DNA of 64,000 nt. Source: an uncultured Gemmatimonadales bacterium. GTDB taxonomy: Bacteria > Gemmatimonadota > Gemmatimonadetes > Gemmatimonadales > Gemmatimonadaceae. Where the stretch lies: positions 1,216,001-1,280,000 of the forward strand of contig CAWBZV010000005.1 of assembly GCA_963793305.1 (NCBI GenBank), in the 5' to 3' direction. Both the position numbers and the translations under genes were made by a program. How positions within the stretch are numbered: position 1 is the stretch's first letter; each line of letters starts with the position of its first letter. A model generated the notes under the pieces. That model made no database searches. It was given only the letters and a program-made list of their open reading frames with translations, and had not been told where the DNA came from. Positions 35,013 to 44,147 of the stretch are shown here, piece after piece.

Positions 35013-35869
35013 TCCGGCTTCTGCGCCCGCACGAAGGCGCTCAGGATTCGCCCCGACACCTCGCGCGCCACGACATCCGCGTCGAGACCGGCGCTCGCCA
35101 GGAACGCCTTCGCGTCCTCGATCTCGTAGACCCGCGTCGGCTCGATCGACGCGTCGACGAACCCAACGTCCGCGAGCAGCGACAGAAATTCGTCCTCACC
35201 CAACGCGCCCGCAATGCACCCGACCCACAGTTCCATACTCTGCTTGACCACCGCTGGGATCTCTCCCCGCACGATGACGTCCGACACCGCGAATCGACCG
35301 CCTGGCTTGAGCACCCGGAACGCCTCAGCCAGAACCGCCCGCTTGTCGCCCGACAGGTTGATGACGCAGTTCGAGATGATCACGTCCACCGACGCGTCAG
35401 GGAGCGGTACCGCTTCGATCTGGCCTTTGAGGAACTCGACGTTCGTGACTCCGGCCTTGCGCTGGTTCTCGCGCGCGAGCGCCAACATCTCGTCCGTCAT
35501 GTCGAGTCCATACGCCTTGCCGGTCGCCCCGACACGCTTGGCCGACAGCAGCACGTCGATACCGCCGCCAGAGCCCAGGTCGAGCACGGTCTCCCCCTCG
35601 CGCAGCGTCGCTAACGCCGTCGGGTTCCCGCACCCGAGCGACGCCAGGACCGCTTCTTGAGGCAGCGTCGCCGTCTCATCACTCCCGTAGAGGTTCGACG
35701 TGATCGGGTTGACCTCGTTGAGCCCGAGCGCCTCGGCCGCCGACCCGCCACAGCACGTCGGCCCGCAGCAACTCGCCGCTTCCCCCGACGCCACGCGAAG
35801 CGCCGCCTTGCCGTACCGGTCCCGCACCGTCGCCGCGATTCCCGCGTTGTCCGCTTCCGTCGAGCTCAT
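35009..35869 (-). CDS. arsM: Arsenite S-adenosylmethionine methyltransferase
   Basis: SLGCGNP, LDLGSGGG, ISNCVINL and WVGCIAGA; N-terminal CC pairs. Confidence 0.93.
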   Translation of the reverse strand: MSSTEADNAGIAATVRDRYGKAALRVASGEAASCCGPTCCGGSAAEALGLNEVNPITSNLYGSDETATLPQEAVLASLGCGNPTALATLREGETVLDLGSGGGIDVLLSAKRVGATGKAYGLDMTDEMLALARENQRKAGVTNVEFLKGQIEAVPLPDASVDVIISNCVINLSGDKRAVLAEAFRVLKPGGRFAVSDVIVRGEIPAVVKQSMELWVGCIAGALGEDEFLSLLADVGFVDASIEPTRVYEIEDAKAFLASAGLDADVVAREVSGRILSAFVRAQKPE

Positions 35870-35885
35870 CGTCCCTCCTTATCGC

Positions 35886-35901
35886 ATAAAGAATAGTTGA
35901 T
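35886..35901. promoter_or_regulatory. Candidate operator of the second ArsR, upstream of arsM
   Basis: ATAAA-gaatag-TTGAT, a one-mismatch version of ATCAA-N6-TTGAT. Confidence 0.6.
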
Positions 35902-35912
35902 GAATCGAACCT

Positions 35913-35941
35913 GAGAAAGGCGCGCCAGACCGCGCGCGCCT
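35913..35941 (-). terminator. Possible intrinsic terminator after the second arsR
   Basis: 8-bp stem AGGCGCGC/GCGCGCCT followed by a short U tract on the minus strand. Confidence 0.5.
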
Positions 35942-35942
35942 G

Positions 35943-36266
35943 TCACCCGCAGCATTGGGCCGCGAGCACCGCCAAGCGCCGGGAAGGTAGCCCTCCAACG
36001 AACGCCTCGAGCTGCACGAACGCGTCCCGGTTGAGCGAGTAATACGCCCACCGACCGTCTCGCCGGTCACTCACCAGCCCGGCGTCCTTCAACGTCTTGA
36101 GATGAAACGACAGCAACGACTGGCCGAGATCGAGCGCATCAGTCAACTCGCAGACGCATCGTTCGCCCCCACGGAGCAAATCCACGATCCGCAAGCGGTG
36201 CTCGTCTGAGAGCGCCTTGAACTGACGCGTAATCCCACTGAGATCGGTCATCGCCGTCGTCGTCAT
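35943..36266 (-). CDS. arsR: ArsR/SmtB family regulator (second copy)
   Basis: ALSDEHRLRI, ERCVCEL and LSFHLKTL motifs; C-terminal CCG. Confidence 0.93.
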   Translation of the reverse strand: MTTTAMTDLSGITRQFKALSDEHRLRIVDLLRGGERCVCELTDALDLGQSLLSFHLKTLKDAGLVSDRRDGRWAYYSLNRDAFVQLEAFVGGLPSRRLAVLAAQCCG

Positions 36267-36279
36267 GAGAGAATAGTAT

Positions 36280-36295
36280 ATCAATGAACATTGAT
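36280..36295. promoter_or_regulatory. Autoregulatory ArsR operator palindrome
   Basis: Perfect ATCAATG-AA-CATTGAT adjacent to the -10 (TACTAT) of arsR. Confidence 0.75.
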
Positions 36296-36444
36296 GTGTC
36301 AACTCCCTCCCCAGATCTGCCCCGCGCCCGCGATACGGCGCTCGCTCGAAGCACGATGCCAAAGAGATCGCCTAAGTGATCTTTCTCGGCGGATCTGAAA
36401 ACTCTGACTCAGGACAGTCGGTTATCGCCTGCAGCAGATACGGC

Positions 36445-36753
36445 TCAGCCTTCGATCTTGTAGATCTCCCGCTTGCCGTGATCGACGAGGTCATGGTAGC
36501 CCTTCATGAGCTCCTCGTACTGCTTCATCTCGTCCGCGTTCTGCGGCATCGCCATCATGTTCTCAAACGCGGCGAGGTCTTTGACCTCCATCTCGGACAC
36601 AACGGTCCAGTACTGCTCGGCGCAGAAGTCGGTCATGATCTTCATGGGCGGCATGCCGAATTTCGCGTTCAATTTCCCCATGGCCAGAAACTTCTCGACC
36701 AGCGGTCGCACTTTCCCGGGCTTGCAATAGAAAACTTCGCGGATCAAGTACAT
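36445..36753 (-). CDS. Small NIPSNAP-like dimeric alpha-beta barrel protein
   Basis: AAAGGAGG RBS; REVFYCKPGK...TVVSEME...REIYKIE pattern. Confidence 0.65.
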   Translation of the reverse strand: MYLIREVFYCKPGKVRPLVEKFLAMGKLNAKFGMPPMKIMTDFCAEQYWTVVSEMEVKDLAAFENMMAMPQNADEMKQYEELMKGYHDLVDHGKREIYKIEG

Positions 36754-36764
36754 GGCGGCCTCCT

Positions 36765-37742
36765 TTAGCCGAACGTGAACGAGTACGCCGCCACGCCGGG
36801 ATCGAGAAACTCGATCCGAAATGTCCGGTCTTCGATACGCCCCTTCTGTCGGATGAGCTGATACATGCGGGGCTCGCGAACCTCACCGGTCCCATCGGGC
36901 GCAACGTCGACGCCGTGGTTCTCACCGGGCGCGGCGCCCTCCAACGTAACCTTGAACCGGATGGGCTTTCCATTCCCACCCATCACGAGGTGGAGATCGC
37001 GCGCGTGGAAGCGATAGGTGATGACGCCGGGCGCTCTTTGAAGAATTGCGCTCTCGGCGCCGCGATCCCAGCCGCCGCTCAAGCTCCAGAGATCCGAGGG
37101 CGCCAACCGGCGAGCACCGACATACGTCTCCGGCGTCTCGTCCGCACCGCTCGCCGGCGCCTCGGGGCCCGTGCCCAATACGTCGACCGTACCCCCCGGC
37201 ACATTCGTGGCCCCATTCTCCTTCAGTAGCTGCTGAATGACCCGCTCGGACTCGGCGTAATCACCCTCGCCGAAATGGTGATGGCGAACCTTGCCCTTGC
37301 CATCAATGAAGTAGTCCGCCGGCCAGTAGTTGTTGTCGAGCGAGTTCCAGATCGCGTAATTGTTGTCCATCGGGACTGGGTACGTGACAGCGTACTTGCC
37401 GAGCGCTGGCTCGACATTCGCGCGCTCTTTCTCGAACGAAAACTCCGGCGTGTGCACACCGATCACCACCAAGCCGGCGTCCTTGTACTTCGCCGCCCAC
37501 GCCTGGATGTACGGCAACTGGCGCAGCGAGTTGATGCACGAGTACGTCCAGATATCGACCAGCACGACCTTGCCGTGGAGCGACTGAAAGGTGATCGGCG
37601 CGGAGTTGAGCCACGCGACGGCGCCGCTCAAATCCGGACCGCGCCGTTTGTCGGCTAACCCCAAGCTAGCCGCGACCGCCGCGGTGCCCATCGCCGCGGC
37701 GCTAAAGAAGTGACGACGGTTGATCCCCGACATGCTCAGCAT
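36765..37742 (-). CDS. DipZ-like thioredoxin/redoxin domain protein with Tat-like signal
   Basis: NRRHFF; WTYSCINS, GVHTPEF, YWPADY and HFGEG; DipZ C-terminal YSFTFG. Confidence 0.85.
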   Translation of the reverse strand: MLSMSGINRRHFFSAAAMGTAAVAASLGLADKRRGPDLSGAVAWLNSAPITFQSLHGKVVLVDIWTYSCINSLRQLPYIQAWAAKYKDAGLVVIGVHTPEFSFEKERANVEPALGKYAVTYPVPMDNNYAIWNSLDNNYWPADYFIDGKGKVRHHHFGEGDYAESERVIQQLLKENGATNVPGGTVDVLGTGPEAPASGADETPETYVGARRLAPSDLWSLSGGWDRGAESAILQRAPGVITYRFHARDLHLVMGGNGKPIRFKVTLEGAAPGENHGVDVAPDGTGEVREPRMYQLIRQKGRIEDRTFRIEFLDPGVAAYSFTFG

Positions 37743-37786
37743 TCTCCGATCACGGGTTCTCGACCGCGTAAACCTAAGCGTAACAA

Positions 37787-37919
37787 GTATTGGGGGGTCC
37801 GGGGGGCGTAGTTGGGGTTGCCCCCCGGAGGCGAACCGACCAGTCGAGCAGCGCGCAGCGCTGCATCGACGCGCCGCGGAGCGGCGTATCGGGGGGGCCG
37901 GGGGGCTGCGGAGCGGCGT
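37787..37919. repeat. Composite G-rich palindromic, REP/BIME-like intergenic element
   Basis: 21-nt direct repeat at 37787 and 37886; 10-bp IR 37798-37807/37820-37829; hairpin 37843-37870. Confidence 0.65.
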
Positions 37920-38944
37920 TAGTGCGACTGATCCGTGATCCAGTTCGCTTCCCACGTTTTGCCGCCATCGGCGGAATACGCCTGCTCGAAGTGCGGCGCT
38001 CCCGCCGCTGCGCCCGACCATTCGTAGCGAATGAAGATCCCGCGGTTGTCCCACGAATCCTGCGCGTAGAAGTCGCCGACGCCATTCTTGAACTCGCCGA
38101 TCTGCGGGAATGAGAGAACGCCGTCGCGGCTGTTGGCCCAGTACAGGTACCACTGGTGCGTATCCGGGTTGTACGTACGGAGCGTCAGGCCGAGCCCGGT
38201 CTCCCCGACGTTAGCGCGTCCATCCCAGAGCGGGTAGACGGCAAGTGTGCCGTCATACGTGCTCCACTGGTTGGAGCCGGTGAGCGGTTTCGCAAGCCGC
38301 TTGAGGTGATACTTCCACTGGCCAAAGATGAAATCGAAGTCGTGCTGAGTAGCGGGAGCGTTGGCGATCGTCTGCTCGGTGGTATCCGTCGTCCGGGTCT
38401 GGTCCGTGATCCAGTTGACCTCCCACGTCTTGCCGCCATCGCCGGAGAACGCCTGCTCGAAGTGCGGCGTGCTCGTATTCGTCTTCGACCAAATAAACCG
38501 GATAAAGATGCTCTTGCCGTTGAGCGTGTCTTGAGCGTAGAACTCGCCCTGTCCATCTTTGAATTCGCCGATCTGGGGCACGACGACGATGCCATTCTTG
38601 CTGTTCGCCCAGTAGAGGCGCCACTGATGCGCCTCGGGGTTGTACGTGCGGAGCGTGAGGCCCTCGATGGAACCGCCCGCGCCATCGGTCTCGAACTGCT
38701 CGATCTGCGCGGCGCCGTGCCACAGGAAGCGCGTCACGCTGGTGCCATCGAACTCGACCCACTGATTGGAGCCGGTCAACGGATGCAGGCGGCGCTTGAG
38801 ATGGATGTGCCAGTGACCGACCTCGAAATCGAAGTCGTGTTGGCCGTCGGGTGCTTGCGGTGTGACACTGGTGGCCAGGGCATGGACGCTCAGGGCAGCG
38901 GTCGCCAGAGTGCACAGGGCAATGAGTTTTCGCATGCTAGTCAT
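37919..38944 (-). CDS. Secreted protein with two tandem DUF1579-like beta domains
   Basis: Signal peptide; HDFDF..G.W...FEQA.S.DGGKTWE.NWITDQ present twice. Confidence 0.8.
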   Translation of the reverse strand: MTSMRKLIALCTLATAALSVHALATSVTPQAPDGQHDFDFEVGHWHIHLKRRLHPLTGSNQWVEFDGTSVTRFLWHGAAQIEQFETDGAGGSIEGLTLRTYNPEAHQWRLYWANSKNGIVVVPQIGEFKDGQGEFYAQDTLNGKSIFIRFIWSKTNTSTPHFEQAFSGDGGKTWEVNWITDQTRTTDTTEQTIANAPATQHDFDFIFGQWKYHLKRLAKPLTGSNQWSTYDGTLAVYPLWDGRANVGETGLGLTLRTYNPDTHQWYLYWANSRDGVLSFPQIGEFKNGVGDFYAQDSWDNRGIFIRYEWSGAAAGAPHFEQAYSADGGKTWEANWITDQSH

Positions 38945-38988
38945 CTAGCAGTATGCTAGAAACCCAGCAATAACCAGTGAGACGCGAA

Positions 38989-39531
38989 ATGATCCGCGTG
39001 CGCATAGCCACCGTCGATGATGTCCCGGCGCTCCGGGCTTTGATCGACGCCTCCGTCCGCGGACTCCAGTCCCGCGACTACACGGCGGCCGAGATCGAGC
39101 GCGCGCTGGCGAGTGTGTACGGCGTCGATACGCGGCTCATCGCCGATGGTACGTACTGGGTCGCCGAAGCAGGCGCGATCGTCGGCTGCGGCGGCTGGAG
39201 TCGCCGCGCCACGCTCTTCGGCGGCGACCAATACGCGGGCCGCGAGGACTCGCTGCTCGATCCAACGAAAGATGCCGCCAAGATTCGCGCCTTCTTCGTG
39301 CGCCCCGACTGGGCCCGTCGCGGCATCGGCACGAAGATCCTCGACGCCTGCGAGGGTGCCGCGCGCGCGGCTGGATATACGCGGTTCGAGATGGGCGCGA
39401 CGCTGACGGGAGTTCCGTTCTACGAAGCGCGCGGCTACACGGCCCTCGAAACCATCATGGTGCCACTCCCCGGCGGCGAATCAATGGCGATCGTTCGCAT
39501 GGAGAAGCGGGATCTTCGCGAAGTGATATGA
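38989..39531 (+). CDS. GNAT family N-acetyltransferase
   Basis: IRAFFVRPDWARRGIG and ATLTGVPFY motifs. Confidence 0.9.
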   Translation: MIRVRIATVDDVPALRALIDASVRGLQSRDYTAAEIERALASVYGVDTRLIADGTYWVAEAGAIVGCGGWSRRATLFGGDQYAGREDSLLDPTKDAAKIRAFFVRPDWARRGIGTKILDACEGAARAAGYTRFEMGATLTGVPFYEARGYTALETIMVPLPGGESMAIVRMEKRDLREVI

Positions 39532-40935
39532 CCCATCGACGATCAATGCATCGTGCGTAAACGCGATGGGCGTGCCGTCACCACCGGTAAAGAACGTGGA
39601 GTCGGACTCCGCGAATAATGTCGACGTATCCGCCGGTGCTTGGATCACGATGAGCTTCCCGTTGTTGACCGCGACCGTGAGCGTCGAGCTGTCCCCGCCC
39701 TGGAACCGATATGCTCCGGTGAGGGCCGCCAACTTCTGCGGGTCGACGGGCACGGCCGAGCGAACGACTTGCTGATGCGAAGGCCAACCGTATTCGGCGG
39801 CAACGGCGTTGGCGATTTCGCCCAGCAGCTCGCCGCCGTTATTGCCATTCGCCATGACGACAAAGCCTTGGCCGCGTGTGGCGAACGCATCGAACTTGGC
39901 GACGAATCCCTCGTCCTGGCCGTCGTGAGAGAACTCGAGCGTTGGCCCACTCCCGCTCACGACGTAGCCGATCCCAAACGGTGCCTTCTGCACCGTGAGC
40001 ATCTGCTTGAACGTCGACTCGCTGATCACGGCCGACGTTTGCCCCGCATAGGTGTGTTGCAGAACAATCGCCAGCGTCGCGAGATCCGAGGCGGTCGTCC
40101 ACAGCCCGGCCGCACTCATCTCGGGGTACGTGTGATACTTCCCTTTAATCGGTTGCCCAGTGTTATCGTGCGCGGTCGCGGCTTCGCCGGCACGTGAGGC
40201 CGGCAGTGGCTGCTCATACGCGCTGTGCGTCATGCCCGCGGGCCCGAGCACGGTCGTTTGCATGAACTGGGGAAACGGCTCGTGCACGACGTCGGTCACC
40301 AGCAGCATGGCGATCGTCGTCCCGCCGCCCGAATACCGCGAGATCGCGCCGGGGAAAGTGTCGACGCGCACCGGAGCAGTGTTCGCCGGTTTGATGCCAT
40401 TGAGAACCTGCGGCACGGTCGGGATAGGCGTGCCCGCCTCGTACCCTGGGAACCCGTGAACCGTGAGGCCGGCGTTATGACTCAAGATCCGCCGCAGCGT
40501 GACCTTCTCATGCTCCGTGAACTTGTTGTTCGGCAGATGCCACGACGTGAGCTTGACGTTGACATCCTCATCCAGGTTGAGCTTTCCGTCCTGCACCAAT
40601 CGCATCACGCCCAGCGCGAACGTCGGCTTGCTGATGGAGCCCGCCTCGAAGATCGTCGTGGGCGTGACCGAATCCGCCCCCCCGGCCTCTTTGAGACCAA
40701 ACCCTCTCGCCCAGGCGATCTTGCCGCTATCGATGACGGCAATGCTCACGCCCGGCACATGATAGTGACGCATGCGTTCCGCCAGCGTCCATCGCACCGG
40801 TGGCTGCCCTGTGACGGTGATGTTGGGACGCAGGCCATTGATGACCTGATCCGCGTGCTGCCCAACGGGATCCCGCGCGGGAGCGCACGCCACCAGTGCA
40901 CAAGCCAGGCAGTAACTTAGAGCTCTATGGGACAT
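39481..40935 (-). CDS. Serine hydrolase, class C beta-lactamase-like lipoprotein
   Basis: LVAC lipobox; FEAGSISK (SxxK), ILSHNAG and YSGGG. Confidence 0.88.
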   Translation of the reverse strand: MSHRALSYCLACALVACAPARDPVGQHADQVINGLRPNITVTGQPPVRWTLAERMRHYHVPGVSIAVIDSGKIAWARGFGLKEAGGADSVTPTTIFEAGSISKPTFALGVMRLVQDGKLNLDEDVNVKLTSWHLPNNKFTEHEKVTLRRILSHNAGLTVHGFPGYEAGTPIPTVPQVLNGIKPANTAPVRVDTFPGAISRYSGGGTTIAMLLVTDVVHEPFPQFMQTTVLGPAGMTHSAYEQPLPASRAGEAATAHDNTGQPIKGKYHTYPEMSAAGLWTTASDLATLAIVLQHTYAGQTSAVISESTFKQMLTVQKAPFGIGYVVSGSGPTLEFSHDGQDEGFVAKFDAFATRGQGFVVMANGNNGGELLGEIANAVAAEYGWPSHQQVVRSAVPVDPQKLAALTGAYRFQGGDSSTLTVAVNNGKLIVIQAPADTSTLFAESDSTFFTGGDGTPIAFTHDALIVDGSYHFAKIPLLHANDRH

Positions 40936-41466
40936 ACTCTCGATCACTCCATTGCGTTGTTGACGCGTACACCCGCGGCACTCGACGCGCTGCTCCGCGA
41001 GCTCCCTGACGTTTGGACTCGGTTCGGAGAGGGGGACAAGACGTTCAGCGCGTTCGACATTGTCGGTCATTTGGCTCACTTGGAGCGCGTGAACTGGATG
41101 CCGCGCGCCCGCATGATCCTACAAGATGGCGACACGAAGACGTTTGAGCCATTCGACCGCTGGGGCCACATTCAGGAGTGCAAGGGCAAATCGGTCGCCC
41201 AGGTCCTCGACGACTTCGCGCAGGTGCGCGCCCAAAACCTGACCGAGGTGCGCGCGTGGCACTTGGGTCCGGAGCAACTCGCGCTCCGCGGTCGTCATCC
41301 CGCTTTTGGGACGGTCACGCTATCGGAATTGTTGGCAACCTGGGCGGCACACGACCTGACCCACCTGCACCAGATGACGCGCGTCATGGCCCACCAATAT
41401 CGCGATGCCGTCGGCCCGTGGGCCGCGTACCTCGGCGTCATGCAGTGCGAAGGCCACGGCGCCTAA
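40927..41466 (+). CDS. DinB family protein
   Basis: LTRTPA.L, IVGHL and WAAHDLTHLHQ motifs. Confidence 0.88.
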   Translation: MGHTLDHSIALLTRTPAALDALLRELPDVWTRFGEGDKTFSAFDIVGHLAHLERVNWMPRARMILQDGDTKTFEPFDRWGHIQECKGKSVAQVLDDFAQVRAQNLTEVRAWHLGPEQLALRGRHPAFGTVTLSELLATWAAHDLTHLHQMTRVMAHQYRDAVGPWAAYLGVMQCEGHGA

Positions 41467-42294
41467 AGGCGAAGCTCGGCCTCGATGATCGGCGTGACGT
41501 AACCGCCGACATTGATGTCACTGCCACTGAGGCGCACATGCAAGAGGCTCTTTCTGCCCATCTTGGTGCCTTGCTCGCTCACGAACCGCTGGGCATTGGT
41601 CATCTCGTGGCGTTGCATGTAGAGCGCCAGTGGCCCGGTCGAGCTGCCGGTCGCCGGATCTTCGACCACCCCATACTCGGGGGCGAACATCCGTGAGTAC
41701 GCGCCGGTTGCCGTCGGCGCAAACACGAACACGCACAAGTGATCCGGATAGATGCGCTGCGCGCTCGTCCACCGCGCGGTGTCCAGCGCGGCGCGGTCGA
41801 CCGTCGCCGCGTCCTTCACGGCGATGTAGAGCGTCGGATTGCCGGCGCTCAGCACCTGCGGCGTGGCATTGAGCAGATCGGCCGGCGCCAGCGTCAGCAG
41901 GGCGGCCGCGGTGGCCCGCTCGAGCGTCGGTCCATCCTTGATCGGCGGGGTGCGCAACCACAGCATGGCGCCATCGACGAATATCGGGACGACGCCGACG
42001 TTCTCCTCGACGCAGAAGTCACGCCCCTTGGACAGCAAGAACGCCGAACCAATCGTCGGATGTCCCGCGAATTCCATTTCCTTCCGCGGAGTAAAGATCC
42101 TGAGCCGCGCGACGCAATCGGGTCGGCGACTCGGCACAACGAACGCGGTCTCCGCGAGGTTCAACTCCAGGGCGATCCGCTGCATCGTGGCGGCGTCGAG
42201 GTTCTCCGCGTCCAGGAACACCGCCAACGGATTGCCTTCCAGCGGCGTCTGCGTGAAGACGTTCGACGACCTGATACCGATAGGATCGGGTCAT
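41463..42294 (-). CDS. PhzF family isomerase (apparent +1 frameshift near 42262)
   Basis: Restored VDVFTQTPLEGNPLAV; NLAETAF, FAGHPTIG, EDPATGS and EQG motifs. Confidence 0.88.
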
Positions 42295-43181
42295 GAGCAC
42301 GCCCTCGAGTGTGAAGGGGTCACGCCGAACGCGCTCTTCCACACCCGCCGCAACTGCCGCGCGTCGTTAAACCCGACCGTCTCGGCCACATGACTCACGG
42401 TCACATTCGGATCCTTGAGCAACGCCCGCGCGGCCTCGAGCCGGATCTTACTCCGGTACTCGGCGATCGAGAGCCCCGTCGACCTCCGAAACGCCCGCGT
42501 CAACGTCCGCGTCCCCATGCGCGCGATCGCGGCGAGCTCCGGGATCCGCGTCTTCCGGTCGACGTTGGCGATCAAGTAGTCCTGCACGCGGTGGACCCCA
42601 GAGTGCCCGTGCGTCCGATAGTCGAGCGACACGCCCTCCGCCGATTCCGAGCCATCGCGGCGCAACGGGACCACCATCTCCCGCGCGACGCAGGCCGCGA
42701 GCCGTGGCCCGAAGTGCTGCTCGACGAACCAGAGCGCGACGTCGATCCCCGACGCGACCCCCGCGCTCGTCGTGACCTTGCCATCGGCCACCAGGAGCCG
42801 ATCGCGCAACACATGCGCGGTTGGAAACCGGGCCTGGAGCTCGGCCAACAGCTTCCAGTGCGTTGTACAGTTGCGCTGCTCGAGAAGCCCCGCCTCACCG
42901 AGCGCGAACGCGCCACTATTGATGGCGCAGGTCTCGGCGCCGGTGGCGACGCTGTCCCGTAGCCAGTCGACCAGCTCGACCGGCGGTCGCGTCTCGTGCG
43001 TCGAGAAACCCGGCACGATGACCACGTCCCCGTCCGCGACCGTCGGTCTGGTCGATGCGATCGTGATCGCGTAGCGCGCCCCGCAGGCGTTCGCCTCGCG
43101 AAACGTCCGCATGGTCGCGGCGACGTCCATCGGCTCGCATTCAGGAAACACCGCGATAATGACATTGCGCGTCAATTCCAT
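42291..43181 (-). CDS. GlxA family (DJ-1 + AraC) regulator
   Basis: TTHW and TSAGVASGID; AraC HTH VAETVGF. Confidence 0.88.
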   Translation of the reverse strand: MELTRNVIIAVFPECEPMDVAATMRTFREANACGARYAITIASTRPTVADGDVVIVPGFSTHETRPPVELVDWLRDSVATGAETCAINSGAFALGEAGLLEQRNCTTHWKLLAELQARFPTAHVLRDRLLVADGKVTTSAGVASGIDVALWFVEQHFGPRLAACVAREMVVPLRRDGSESAEGVSLDYRTHGHSGVHRVQDYLIANVDRKTRIPELAAIARMGTRTLTRAFRRSTGLSIAEYRSKIRLEAARALLKDPNVTVSHVAETVGFNDARQLRRVWKSAFGVTPSHSRACS

Positions 43182-44092
43182 ACAAAGCTCCGCCGAAAAG
43201 CCCAGTATTCGTCTGATGGTATGGTGAGTGGTGCCAGGAATTGCTCCAAGGCCGGATCCCACTGGATCGCGCAGGCGCGAAGATTCGACTCCAGTTGCGG
43301 GACGGTCGCCGCGCCGCTCAACACGATGTCGACCCACGGCCGCGCCAGCACGGCCGCCATCGCCACCGCGTCCGCACTGACTCCAAGTCGTTCACCGGCG
43401 GCCCGCACGCGATCGTGCTCGGTCAGCCGGCCATTGGCGAGCGCTTCTTTGACGACGACGTGAAGGCCCGCCGTGTGTGCCTCGCACAGCGCGCTCTCCG
43501 CGCCCCGCTCGAAGAGATTCCAGGTGGCCTGCACGACGTCGAACAGCCGCTCGCCGTCGCGGCGGACGTCGAGCGCCCGGCGGATGGCATCACTTTGACC
43601 TTCGCCGCTCACGGTGAGCCCGACCCGGATACCCATCGCCCGCAATCGCGCGAGCATATCGAGGACGTCCCGGTCGCGCAGCACCGGGCTCTCGGCCGTG
43701 ACCGAGTGGATCTGATAGATCGAGAGCTTCGCGCCGAGCTGGCCCCAGCTCTCGACGATTTGTCGCTGGAGTGTCGAGACCGAGTGGTCTTTGACTTCGG
43801 GGACCTTCGCGTCGACGCGCCAGTCGCCCGTGTAGGTGTATCCCCACTTCGACGCGATGGTGATCTCGCCGTTGTGCTTCGCCAACCACGAGCCCAGAAA
43901 CGCCTCGCCACGACCATACGACCTGGCGACATCGATGTATCGCACGCCGGCCGAGGAGGCCGCATCGAGCACGGCATGGGCGCGCGCCTCCATGACGGCC
44001 GGCTCATAGTGCCCATCGAGGTCGCGCCCGTGATGCAACGTCATGTAGCCGGGCCGACCCAGTGCCGCGAGCCCGAGGCCGATACGTTGCAT
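43172..44092 (-). CDS. Aldo/keto reductase
   Basis: DVARSYG, SKWGY, YQIHS and KEALANG motifs. Confidence 0.9.
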   Translation of the reverse strand: MQRIGLGLAALGRPGYMTLHHGRDLDGHYEPAVMEARAHAVLDAASSAGVRYIDVARSYGRGEAFLGSWLAKHNGEITIASKWGYTYTGDWRVDAKVPEVKDHSVSTLQRQIVESWGQLGAKLSIYQIHSVTAESPVLRDRDVLDMLARLRAMGIRVGLTVSGEGQSDAIRRALDVRRDGERLFDVVQATWNLFERGAESALCEAHTAGLHVVVKEALANGRLTEHDRVRAAGERLGVSADAVAMAAVLARPWVDIVLSGAATVPQLESNLRACAIQWDPALEQFLAPLTIPSDEYWAFRRSFVWN

Positions 44093-44140
44093 ACAATTAC
44101 GATTGTATGTATCTTGTATCGCCGATTGCATGGCCACAAT
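44091..44140. promoter_or_regulatory. Candidate MocR operator array
   Basis: ATACAAT-N4-ATTGTAT palindrome (44091-44108) plus further TTGTAT/ATTGCAT..CACAAT repeats. Confidence 0.6.
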
Positions 44141-44147
44141 ATATAAC

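Noticed and set aside
34518..35869. Arsinothricin biosynthesis cluster
   Set aside because: No radical-SAM arsL or arsQ transporter, and the GNAT looks like ArsN2 rather than ArsN1
35913..35945. SECIS after arsR UGA (loop CGGUCUG like fdhA)
   Set aside because: Loop is only 11 nt from UGA, the protein already ends CCG, and a U tract follows, so a terminator fits better
14512..36300. Mobile genomic island call for the metal/arsenic region
   Set aside because: No integrase, transposase, tRNA or flanking direct repeats seen, and composition resembles the surroundings
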